Assembly (NCBI GenBank): GCA_035526585.1
Contig: DATLCC010000027.1
Location: forward strand, 2,660 to 66,659
Direction: 5' to 3'
DNA from: Thermoplasmatota archaeon
Lineage (GTDB): Archaea; Thermoplasmatota; SW-10-69-26; JACQPN01; JAJPHT01
DNA: 64,000 nucleotides
Shown: one piece after another, positions 25,870 to 35,600 of the stretch
Position numbering within the stretch: position 1 is the stretch's first letter
Layout of the letters: the number at the start of each line of letters is the position of its first letter
The notes under the pieces: generated by a model
Database searches by the model: none
What the model saw: the letters and a program-made list of their open reading frames with translations, nothing else
Told to the model about the DNA's origin: nothing
Made by a program: the position numbers and the translations under genes

Positions 25870-28800
25870 TCACGCGCTCACCTTCTTCTCGCCGAGCACC
25901 TTGTTGAGCTCATTCCGGACCGTCGCCAGCGAAGCCACGGCCTGGTCGCGCTCGCGGGATCCGATCGGGTGGTCCGAGTAGCGCGCCTCCTCGAAGAGCC
26001 CGATGAGCGCGCGCAGCGGCGCCGCGCCGATGGGGAGCGCCTTGCGGACGCCGGTCGCGAACTCGCGCGGCGTGTCGCTCGCCTTCTCGGCGAAGCCGTG
26101 GCGCGAGAGGTGCGCGGCGAAGCGCCGGTACGCGAGGAAGATCGTGCCCGCGTACTCGTTGCCTGCGAGGAGATCGCGGATCGCCTCGTCGAGGATCTCG
26201 CGCGCCTCCTGGAGCTGGCGCCGGCGCAGCATGATCGCCGCGAGGACGACGCCGATGAGGGCGAGGACGATCACGACCGCGAGCGCGAGCGCCGCGTAGC
26301 CGATCGGCGTCGCGGGCCCGACGACCTTCATCGTCGTGCTGCGGAACTGCGCGGCGACGACGTCGTTCCCTCCGCGCACGGTGAGCGCGAGGGCCGCGTC
26401 GCCCGAGATGGGCGCGACGCCGGCGAGGGCGCCCTTGCCATCCGCGTTCGTGGCCGCGACGACGGCGCTCGTGCTGGTGCCGATGACGTACGCGAAGCTC
26501 GTGTTGCGCAGGGGCTGCCCCTGGTCGTCCTTGAGGGTGACGCCGCCGCCCAGCGCGAAGCCGCGCACGACGAGCGTCGGGAGCTCGACCTCGACCTTGG
26601 GGCGGATCTTCACGACGACGGGGAACTCCTTCGTGAAGCCGTCATACGCGTCCGTCTGGGGCGCGACGATGCGCAGCGTGGTCGCGCCGCGAGGCAGGTC
26701 CGCGGGGATCTGGATGCTGGAGACGAGCTTGCCATGCGACGAGCGCAGCGCGCCGAGGTCGCGTCCGGCGAGGAACATGCGGAAGGTCGCGTCCACGGGC
26801 GCCCCGCGGTCGTCCGTGACGCGGCCTTCGAGCGGCGCCTGCTCGTTGCGCACGAAGGGGCCAAGCGTCGTGAAGTCGACGTTGAGGGGACTGCGGACGT
26901 ACCACACGACCTCGCTCGTCGCGTTCGCGACCGTGGAGCTGCCGACGAAGCGCGCGCTCGCGCGGTGCGCGCCAAGCTTCGTGTCGTCGCCGAGCACGCG
27001 CGCGAGCTCGAAGGAGCCGTTGCGGCTCGTGCGCGCCTCGCCCACGCTCACGCCGTCGATGGCGAACAGGATGGCGGCGCCGGGGAGCGGGTGCTTCTCG
27101 TCGTCGACGAGGCGTCCCGCGAGCGAGACGGGGCCGCGCGTGACGCTCGCGTTCCCGAGCTCGAGGCGCACGCCCTGCACGACGCGCACGGTGGCGGCCG
27201 CCGAGGTCGGCTGGTAGATGCCGTTCGCGAGCGGCGTGAAGTCGGCGCCCAGCGACGCGAGGGCGGGGCGCTCGCTCGCGTTGGTCGGGACGAGGAAGCT
27301 CACGCTGCCCGACGCGTCGGTGACGATGACCTCGAGGCGCTGGCCGCGCCAGTAGCCCGCGATCGGCTGCGAGACGATGGCCTTGCCCTTGTCGTCGACG
27401 AGGTGCGCGCGCATCGCGAAGACCTCGCCGCGCACGATCGTGTCGGGCGCCTCCTCGATGACGAGGCGCGTCGTGGACGTGACGCGCGCCTGCGTCAGGT
27501 TCTCGGCGCGCGCGTGCGCGGTGTCGCCGGGGAAGACGACGCGCAGCGCCTGCGTGCCGAGGTCGAGGCCGGCGAGGGGCACCGTCACGGCGAACGCGCC
27601 GTCGCTGTCGGCGAGCCCGCGCGCGAGCATGCCAGCCTTGTCGGAGTGCACCTCGATCACGCCGTCGAAGCCTTGGCCCTCGTTGTCGAGGAGCTTGCCG
27701 CGGATGGACACCTCGATCGTGCGGGGGCCTTCCACGCGGTTGAGCTCGACGACCCTCGCGGTGCGTTTGATGTCGAGCGGGAGGGTGACGTTCGTCGGGG
27801 CGGCGGTGTCGCTTCCCGCGAAGGTGAGGCGCAGCATCTGGGGCCCCGCCGCGATCGAGCCTGGCACCTCGATGCGCACGGCGAAGCGGCCGCCCGCGTC
27901 GGTGGTCGCGCTCTCCTCCACGCCGCCAAGCTCGAGCGTGACGGGCGCGGTGCCGATCGCGCCGCCCGCGCGCTCGGTGCCATCCGCGAGCGTGACGGCG
28001 CGCGCAAGGAGCTGGCCGCTCACGGTGACGGTCTCGCCCACCGTGGCGGACGCGCTCTCGGCGCGCGCGTCGAAGCGCGTGGGGTCCCGCACCTTGATCG
28101 GGAGGATCCTCTCGGTCGAGAGGAGGAAGGGATCGAGGCTCGTGAAGCTCGCGCTCAGCTGGTGCTGGTCGGGTCGGGCGACGCCGACGGGGATGCCGAC
28201 GCGCGTGAGGTTGATCTTGCCGTTGCGGTCGGTGCTGAGGTTCTTGAGCTCAAGCGGGCTCGTGGAGCCCGTCCACTTGACGATCACGGTGCGGTCGATG
28301 AGCGGCGCGCCCGAGCTGTCGGCGAGCGTCAGCTCGCCCACGAGCGTCCCGCCGTTGTCCGCCGTGTCGGCGACGTCCATCTCGATGTCCGTCGCGGCGC
28401 GCACGCTCACGGGCACGGGCGCGGAGACGGCGAACCTCGTCGCGTGCACGTTCACGTCGCGGACGACGCCGTTCCTGTCCGCGACGCGCGCCTTGTGCGT
28501 GCCGTACGTCGGGTCGCCGGGGACGGCGCCGACGCTCGTGTTGTAGACCCACGCGACGAGGCGGTTCTGCTCGCCGTGCGTCTGCGCGCCGGTGTCGAGC
28601 TGCGTCGGGTCGAAGTGGCCCAGCGCCGAGCCCTGGATGTTGCCAAAGAGGACGAGCCCGGGCGCGGGGATCGCGTAGACGCGGTCCTCGGTGATGTTCA
28701 CGCTGAGGTTGAACGCGCCCGTCGCGTTCGTGAAGCCCGCGCCGACGACGCGGTCGCCGCCGGGCGCGAACACGCTCACGAGGACCGTGCGGTTCGCGAC

Positions 28801-31800
28801 GCCGACGCGGCTTGCTTCGCTCCCTTCGAGGAGCGCGCCCGAGGCGCCGCACACGCCGCCCGCGCGCTCGTTGAGCACGACGCGGCCGCTGACGTTGAAC
28901 TCGACGCCCTTGTCGACGGTGGTGGGCGCTGCGAGGTCGAGCACGGCCACGCACGCGCGCATGTCGCGCACGAGGACGCCGCTCGGGTCCGCGAGGTTGA
29001 GCGCAGCCTCGCGCGCGGCCTGGGGCGCGCCGGCGCCCTCGCCGATGCGCTGCGCGCGCAGGCGCTGCGCGTCCGCGGGGCCCGCGGCCTTGACCCACGC
29101 TTCGAGCTCGCGCATGTCGAGGATGGTGGTCGCGCCGTCCACGACGCGGTTCAGGCGGTTGATCGCGGGGAAGGGATCCTCGCCCGTCGCGTCGTGGAGG
29201 CCGTCGTGGTCGGCGTCGGCGACGGCGCCGGCGGGGTCGTCGCCCCACCACCAGACGCCCTCCGTCGCCTCGACCCACCAGTCGGGCTTGTGCGCCTCGT
29301 AGGCGGCCGTGATCGCGTCGCGCTCCTTGGGGTCCTGGTCGTAGTACGCGATCCACCCGTCGGGCACGCCGGGGACGACGCTGTCGAGCTTGTCCGGGCG
29401 CATGTTGAACGGCTCCTGGCCGTAGTTGCGCTCGCCGAGGAAGTTGATCGTGCCGTCCGTGAGCGTCTCGTGCGCGATGCCGCGCGCGAGCCATTTCGCG
29501 ACGAGGGTCGCGTCCGCGAGCGGATCGAGGTTCACGGTGAGCCCGTCGAGGAGGCCGTCGCCGTCCGTGTCCTCGTCCTTCGGGTTCGTGCGGATGCTCT
29601 CGCCGAAGAACGTCTTCGCGTCCTTGCCGGTGAGCTCCTGGAAGTCGGGGACCGTGTCTCCGTCCTTGTCGACGCCGCCGGTCTTGAAGCTCTCCACGTC
29701 CGTCGTGTCGAGCGCGTTGTTGCCGGCGGTGACCTCGATGCCGTCGTCGATCCCGTCGAGGTCCGTGTCGAGCGCGTTGGGGTCGGAGCCCGCCCCGAGC
29801 GTCTCGTCGCCCTGCTGGAACGTCACGATCTCGCAGCGCCCGGTCGGGCCGGCTTCGCATTCCTGCGCGACGTTCAAGCCGTCGCCGTCGGGGTCCTTCG
29901 AGCGATCGTCCGTCGCCGGGTCCGGATACGCGGAGCCGCCGCTGCTCTGGACGCGGTAGTGCGCCTCGAAGGCGTCGGGCGCGCCGTCGCCGTCCGTGTC
30001 GCCCATGTAGGGGTTCGTCCGCAGGCGCGCCTCGTCGGCGTAGGTCAACGTGCGCGCGCCGTAGATGCGCGCGGCCTTCACCGCGACGTTGTCGAGGTTG
30101 AGATCGGCGAAGCAGTTGTTGTCGTCCGCGAGCCGCTCGCCGCTCTTGAGCTCGCCCGAGAGATCGCCCGGCGGGCAGCCCGCGATCGCGGTCGTGAAGC
30201 GCACGTAGCCCGTGGTCTTCGCGCCCATGCCGCGCAGGTCGGCGATGGGCGTGATGGGCGAGTCGGCGAGCGCCTCGTCGATCTCCGCCATCGCCGCGAG
30301 CGCGACGCCGCCGAGGCTCGCGTCGCGGGCGGCCACGAGGCTCGGGTACGTGCCGCTCGTGATGCGGCTGCCCCAGAACGCCTTCCAGCCGTCGGGCACG
30401 CCGTCCGCGGTCGTGTTGAGCTCGTTGGGGTCCGTCTCGGCCTTGAACTCGAGCTCGTTCGTGAAGACGAAGGCGTGCGCGGTGCGCTCGTTGGACGCGC
30501 TGCGCGCCTCGAAGGAGTACCAGACGACGGAGTCGCCGTCGTTGTTGGCCTTGTCGTCGGTGACGCCGTCCGCGTCGGAGTCGGCGCGCCCTGGGTCGAG
30601 GTCCCACAGCCCGCGCGCGGCGTCGAAGCGTCCGTAGCGGATCTCCCACGCGTCGGGCAGGTCGTCGCCGTCGGTGTCGGGGTTCGCCGGGTCCGTCGCC
30701 GTGTGCGGGACGGGCGTGGCGAACTCGGTGAGCCGGTACGCGGCCGGGTCTATCTCGGGGCCGCCGAGGAAGTAGACCTTGTCGCGCGCGGTGCCCGGCG
30801 CGGCGAACTTCTCGACGAAAAGACCGCCCGAGGGGTCGGGGTCGGCGACGTTCATCACGCCGTCGCCGTCGACGTCCGCGTCGGGGCGATACTTCGCGAC
30901 GCGGTCCGCGTCGGAGAGGCTCGCGAGGCTCGGGTAGAGCTTCATCCAGTCGTGCACGGTCGAGAAGCGCGTCTGCGCGACGGAGCCGTTCCCGTTGTAC
31001 GGGTAGCGCGGGCTCTGGCGGAGCGCCTCGTACGTGTCGTGCCAGAAGGAGACGCGCGCGCCGTCCTTCACGTGGTCGCCGGCCGAGTCCGCCTTCGTCG
31101 GATCGAGCCCGGCGCTCGTCCCGGAGGGGCGGACCTCATACTTCGCTTCGCCGCGGACGACGCCGCACACCTTCTCCTCGTCGGAAAGCTGCGAGAAGGC
31201 CGTGTCGCGGTTCCTCGGGTCGGTGGGCGGGAAGGAGCGCTCGGTCGTCGTGCCGCACGCGGCGCGCCCGAGGTACTCCTCGATGTCGGTGAGGCCGTCG
31301 CCGTCCGAGTCGGGCTCGAGCGGGTTCGACGTCGCAAGGTAGGCGCGCGGCTTCGCCTCGGGGCCGGTGTCGAACGTGACGTTCGCGTACCAGCCGCGGA
31401 TCTCGATCGGGTCGGGGAGGCCGTCCGCGTCGCTGTCGAGCGTGACGGGGTTCGTGCCGCCCCACCAGACGCCCTTCACGGACTCGTTCCAGTCGTCGGG
31501 GCGCGCGTATTCGTACGCGCCGCGCACGGTGAAGACGATGTCAGGGAGCGCCTTCTGGCCTTCCGGCGCGTAGGTGCGGTATTCGGCGAAGTCGCTCGCC
31601 CTGCCGATCACCTGGTCCACGTCCGCGCCGAACGGGGAGAGACCGTAGCGGACGTACCAGCCATCCGGGATGCCCGTCTGGGCGGTCTGCCAGTCCAAGG
31701 GGTTGAGCCCCTTGGCGTACTGCGTCGGCCGCCCCTCGGCGTCGGCGAGGGTCGGCCGGCTGGCCTCGAACTCCTCGAAGTTCGTGAGGCCGTCGCGGTC

Positions 31801-32637
31801 GGGATCCTGCGTCGCGACCGTCGGGTCCGTCACGGAGAGCTTGTAGCGCAGGAGCCAGCCGTCCGCGATCCCGATGCCGGCGGTGCTGAACTTGTTGGGA
31901 GCGGTCTGCGTGACGTGGATCTCCGTCCAGTCGTCGAGCCCGTCGCGGTCGCTGTCGGCTTCGAGCGGATCCGTGTCCGCCTCGAACGCCTCGAGGAGCG
32001 TCAGGTTGCCACGGCTCCCGGAGGCGACGCGGTCCGGCTGCACGTCCTTGAGCGGGACGCCGTGGTGGAGGAGCCAGCCGACGGGGAGCCCGCCCGTCGC
32101 GGGCGCGTCCGCGAGGGGGCTCGCATGCTCGGCCTTGCGCCACCAGGGGGCGTCCACGCCGGGCCTGTAGTCCGTGGGCTTGTTGTAGCTGTAGTAGACC
32201 GAGAGCGGGGGCGTGTACGCGCTCGGGTATCCTGCCGCGTAGACCGCCGGGAGCTTCGACGCGGCCGGCGCCTCGCCGTGCGCGTCGCGCGTGCTCGGGT
32301 CGAGCGGGTCGAAGCGGAACTCGACGAGCCATCCGTCCGGGATCCCGATGCCGGCGCTGTCCCAGTTCTGCGGGTCCGTGCCGTAGACGTAGTTCTCCAG
32401 CGCGTCGGAGAGGCCGTCGTTGTCCGCGTCGCGCTCCGTGAGCCCGCCTGCGCTGATCCGGTCGAGGTCCGTCGTGTCCGAGACGCGCGCGGCGGTGATG
32501 CCAAGCGCCCCGGGAGAGACGAGCGCGGTCGCGGCGATCGCGACGAGGAGGAGGACCGCGACGGCGCCGATCGCGATGGGGACCGCGTGGCGCGCAAGGC
32601 GCGTGGTGACGCTCGCGGGGACGAGCCGTGATATCAA
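25870..32637 (-). CDS. giant envelope protein D (2255 aa): N-terminal TM, thrombospondin-type-3-like Ca-binding repeats, tandem prealbumin/Ig-like domains, second TM, cytoplasmic DUF4129 tail
   Basis: The TTG start lies 2 nt after the upstream stop. The first TM is AVPIAIGAVAVLLLVAIAATALV. There are at least 14 D-x-D-x-D-G-x-x-D motifs (DADNDGLSD, DSDRDGLDD, DPDRDGLTN, DSDADGLPD, DSDGDGLTD, DTDGDGAPD, DPDGDGLNV, DTDLDGIDD, DKDGDTVPD, DTDGDGLLD...), often followed by G-I-P-D-G-W. There are about 8 tandem modules of the v-x-G-x-L-x-D-x-x-G-x-P type (e.g. LAGRLVDDEKHPLPGAAILFAIDGVSVGEARTSRNGSFEL). The second TM is YAALALAVVIVLALIGVVLAAIMLRRR. The C-terminus FLAYRRF...LIGLFEEARYSDHP matches the DUF4129 A-R-Y motif. 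Confidence 0.88.
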   Translation of the reverse strand: MISRLVPASVTTRLARHAVPIAIGAVAVLLLVAIAATALVSPGALGITAARVSDTTDLDRISAGGLTERDADNDGLSDALENYVYGTDPQNWDSAGIGIPDGWLVEFRFDPLDPSTRDAHGEAPAASKLPAVYAAGYPSAYTPPLSVYYSYNKPTDYRPGVDAPWWRKAEHASPLADAPATGGLPVGWLLHHGVPLKDVQPDRVASGSRGNLTLLEAFEADTDPLEADSDRDGLDDWTEIHVTQTAPNKFSTAGIGIADGWLLRYKLSVTDPTVATQDPDRDGLTNFEEFEASRPTLADAEGRPTQYAKGLNPLDWQTAQTGIPDGWYVRYGLSPFGADVDQVIGRASDFAEYRTYAPEGQKALPDIVFTVRGAYEYARPDDWNESVKGVWWGGTNPVTLDSDADGLPDPIEIRGWYANVTFDTGPEAKPRAYLATSNPLEPDSDGDGLTDIEEYLGRAACGTTTERSFPPTDPRNRDTAFSQLSDEEKVCGVVRGEAKYEVRPSGTSAGLDPTKADSAGDHVKDGARVSFWHDTYEALRQSPRYPYNGNGSVAQTRFSTVHDWMKLYPSLASLSDADRVAKYRPDADVDGDGVMNVADPDPSGGLFVEKFAAPGTARDKVYFLGGPEIDPAAYRLTEFATPVPHTATDPANPDTDGDDLPDAWEIRYGRFDAARGLWDLDPGRADSDADGVTDDKANNDGDSVVWYSFEARSASNERTAHAFVFTNELEFKAETDPNELNTTADGVPDGWKAFWGSRITSGTYPSLVAARDASLGGVALAAMAEIDEALADSPITPIADLRGMGAKTTGYVRFTTAIAGCPPGDLSGELKSGERLADDNNCFADLNLDNVAVKAARIYGARTLTYADEARLRTNPYMGDTDGDGAPDAFEAHYRVQSSGGSAYPDPATDDRSKDPDGDGLNVAQECEAGPTGRCEIVTFQQGDETLGAGSDPNALDTDLDGIDDGIEVTAGNNALDTTDVESFKTGGVDKDGDTVPDFQELTGKDAKTFFGESIRTNPKDEDTDGDGLLDGLTVNLDPLADATLVAKWLARGIAHETLTDGTINFLGERNYGQEPFNMRPDKLDSVVPGVPDGWIAYYDQDPKERDAITAAYEAHKPDWWVEATEGVWWWGDDPAGAVADADHDGLHDATGEDPFPAINRLNRVVDGATTILDMRELEAWVKAAGPADAQRLRAQRIGEGAGAPQAAREAALNLADPSGVLVRDMRACVAVLDLAAPTTVDKGVEFNVSGRVVLNERAGGVCGASGALLEGSEASRVGVANRTVLVSVFAPGGDRVVGAGFTNATGAFNLSVNITEDRVYAIPAPGLVLFGNIQGSALGHFDPTQLDTGAQTHGEQNRLVAWVYNTSVGAVPGDPTYGTHKARVADRNGVVRDVNVHATRFAVSAPVPVSVRAATDIEMDVADTADNGGTLVGELTLADSSGAPLIDRTVIVKWTGSTSPLELKNLSTDRNGKINLTRVGIPVGVARPDQHQLSASFTSLDPFLLSTERILPIKVRDPTRFDARAESASATVGETVTVSGQLLARAVTLADGTERAGGAIGTAPVTLELGGVEESATTDAGGRFAVRIEVPGSIAAGPQMLRLTFAGSDTAAPTNVTLPLDIKRTARVVELNRVEGPRTIEVSIRGKLLDNEGQGFDGVIEVHSDKAGMLARGLADSDGAFAVTVPLAGLDLGTQALRVVFPGDTAHARAENLTQARVTSTTRLVIEEAPDTIVRGEVFAMRAHLVDDKGKAIVSQPIAGYWRGQRLEVIVTDASGSVSFLVPTNASERPALASLGADFTPLANGIYQPTSAAATVRVVQGVRLELGNASVTRGPVSLAGRLVDDEKHPLPGAAILFAIDGVSVGEARTSRNGSFELARVLGDDTKLGAHRASARFVGSSTVANATSEVVWYVRSPLNVDFTTLGPFVRNEQAPLEGRVTDDRGAPVDATFRMFLAGRDLGALRSSHGKLVSSIQIPADLPRGATTLRIVAPQTDAYDGFTKEFPVVVKIRPKVEVELPTLVVRGFALGGGVTLKDDQGQPLRNTSFAYVIGTSTSAVVAATNADGKGALAGVAPISGDAALALTVRGGNDVVAAQFRSTTMKVVGPATPIGYAALALAVVIVLALIGVVLAAIMLRRRQLQEAREILDEAIRDLLAGNEYAGTIFLAYRRFAAHLSRHGFAEKASDTPREFATGVRKALPIGAAPLRALIGLFEEARYSDHPIGSRERDQAVASLATVRNELNKVLGEKKVSA

Positions 32638-32639
32638 GC

Positions 32640-35600
32640 TCAGCGCTCGTCACGCTCCCTCTGTCCGGAGGCGCTGCGCGCTGCCAGCCGGAGCGCCGGA
32701 GCCGACGAAGTCCCGAAGGCGTCCTTCGGCGCTTCGCTCCGTTCGGCGCTTGGGTGGCCCGGCCGTACTGCGGCACGTCTTCGCCTCGCTGCGCTGCGGC
32801 CCCGCTGGAGGCGCGTCGTCGTCGCGACGAGCGCGATGACAGCGAGAAGCGCGAAGAGCCCGGGTCCAGGCACTCCGATCTTGGAGCCGAAGTGGACGCC
32901 CTGCTCGCTCGCGCTGCGGTCGCTGAGGCTCATCTCGTTGTCGGGGTCGAGCACGACCTTCACGTCGCCGCCACGCTGCGTGCTCACCCACGAGAGCGTC
33001 GCGAGCGCGCTGGACCCGACGGGGATGCGCGAGAGCTGCACCTTGTCGACGGTGCGGCCGTCGACGACGAGCGCGACGCTCACGTTCTCGGCCTCGATGC
33101 CGCCGGCGTTCTGCACGGTCGCGGAGACGAGGATCAGCTCGCCGGCCTTGAGCGAGCCGCTGCCGGTGACGCTCGCGAGCGAGAGCTGCGGCCGGGCGAC
33201 GTTGACGTCGAGCGGCGCTCCGCCGGCCGCGGCGCCCGCGACGGCGGCGTGGAGCTCGACTCGCACGGCGCCGTCAGGCGCGTCCTTCGTGGCGTTGAGC
33301 GAGAGGAGCGCGTCGACGGCCTCGCCGGGCGCAAGGTGCGCGCGGGTGGGCGCGAAGGTCGCATTCCACCCTTCGGGCGCCTGCGCCGTGAGGTCGAAGG
33401 TCCCTTCGACGTTGCCGACGTTCTTCACGTGATAGCTCAGCGCGATCGGGCGCCCGGGTGTGAGGCCGACGCTCTTCGGCCCGCCGAAGTCGACGCGGGA
33501 GACGGCCTTCACGTTCACGGGGATGGAGACGTTCTGGAGGGCCTCGCGCGAGAGGCGCGTGGTGAAGGTGAGGTTGTAGGCGCCCGGCGGCGTGCCGGCG
33601 GGGACGTCGATGCGCAGGGGAAGGTCCGCGCTGTCGTTCACCTCCAGCGTGAACCCCTCGGATTCGAGCGTGACGGGCCACGCAGGCGTGACGCTGGACG
33701 CGCCTGCGGGCGCGTCCGCGCCCCGCTTCACTTCGGTGGCGCCGGCGAGGAGCTCGACCGCGACCTGGCCGTTGCCGCGGTTCGTGACGGGGAGGACGAA
33801 GTGGAGGACCTCGCCCGGCTCAGCCTCGGGGTCGAACACGGGCGCGGTCGCGAGGTCGTAGATGCGGCGCACGACGACGACGGCGGAGACCTCGTCGCCC
33901 GCGACGCGGCCGCCTGTGCCGCCCGTGTCGATCTCGGCGGCGATCTTCACGCTCGCGAGGTCGCCCGCGCGGGCGCCAGGGGGCGGGGTGACGTCGACGT
34001 GCAGGACGTAGCTCAGGTTGGGATCGTTCGCGGGGTTCGGATTGAGCGTGATCTCGCCGACCGAGAGGTCGGCTCGCCAACCTTTCGGCAGGATGCTGTC
34101 CTCGTGGAAGATCACGGTGAAGACGTCGTTGCCCTTGTTGCGCGTGGTGAGGTTGAACCGGACCGTCTCGTTGGGCTCGGCGAGGCGCGTCTGCGGGTCG
34201 AGGTTGAGCTCGAGGTCCACCTTGGGACGGATGCGCGTCGCCGTGTTCACGACGTCGGCGGCGAGCGCGCTCGCGGCGCTGCGGGCCGTGATGCTCACGA
34301 TGTTCTGGGGAGCGGTCTCCGCGTTGGGCGCCTTCACGCGGAAGGTGAGCGTCGTGCTCTCCCCGCCATCGAGGCGCAGCGAGGTCACGGGCTCGTCGTC
34401 GAGGAGGAGCGCCTGCTCCCAGCCGGGCCGCGGATCCTCCACGGCGAGCGCGAACGTGTCGGTCGTGCTGCCGGTGTTCTTCACGACGATCTGATAGCGA
34501 TGCTCCGCGCCGGGATCGAGGCCGATGGGCGGGTCGATCGTCTTGCGGCCACCTTCGACGTCGAACCACATGCCCACGCCGTAGGCGATCTTCACATAGA
34601 CGCTGATCTTGAACGTCGCAGCCACCCCGCCGGCCTTGCTCCGGGCCTCGACCAGGATGGTGCGCGACTTGTTCACGTCTTCAGCAGACGGCGTCACCAC
34701 GACGTTGAGCCGCTCCGACGAACCGCTGGTGAGCGTGAACTCCTTCGCGCACCCTTCCACGGTCCACCCTTCGGGCGTCGAGCAGGCGACCTCGATCGTG
34801 TCGGTCAACCCCTCGCCCGCCACCCAGCGGCCCAGGTTCAGGACGTCGAGGCGCACGGAGAGGGGCGAGCCGGGGCCGGTGCTCAGCGGCAGCGAGCGCT
34901 GCTCGGTCTGAGGGCTGCGGATCTCGACGAGCGGGCCGCGGAACTCGGCGCGGCCGATCGTCGCGTCGATCGGGACGGGACGCCCGGGCGGGTAGTAGGA
35001 GTAGCCGATGCCGTGCGGCAGCCGCTCGCGCGTGACCGAGTCCTCGGTGAAGAATTCGGCGGGCGAGAGCGAGACGGCCGAGATCGGCTTCGTGCTGAGG
35101 AGGTGCACCTGGCCCGTGAGGTCGCCCGTGGGCTCGCGGAGGCTCACGAACTCGTCGCGCTGCAAGGAGCGCACCTGCGTCGTGTAGTTGAGCTCGCCGT
35201 TGCGGTCGTGCTCCGTCACGATGGTGAGCTTCGTGTTGTTGTAGTGGCCGAAGATGCCGACGCCCTGCGAGTCCTTCGTGTCCACGTAGTAGTCGATGCC
35301 CGCGAGGCCCGCGTAGGGGCCGATCATGGGGCGCGTGACGTTCTTCGTGGGATCGCCCATCTCGCGCTCGCGCGCGCCCACGAAGAGGCGGAAGGCGGCC
35401 GGAGGCGCTGGCGGGTCGGAGCGCGCGTCGGGCGTCGTGTAGAACTCGTAGAGCGGTTGCGGGCTGACGCTCTTCTGCACGGCGACCTCCTCGCACCCCT
35501 GGCGCTTCTCGAGCTCCTTGCCGGGCGCGTTGGGCAGAAGCCCTTCCGGGTAGATCTGCAGCGAGCCCGACTCGTAGTTGAGCACGCGCACCGTGGCGTT

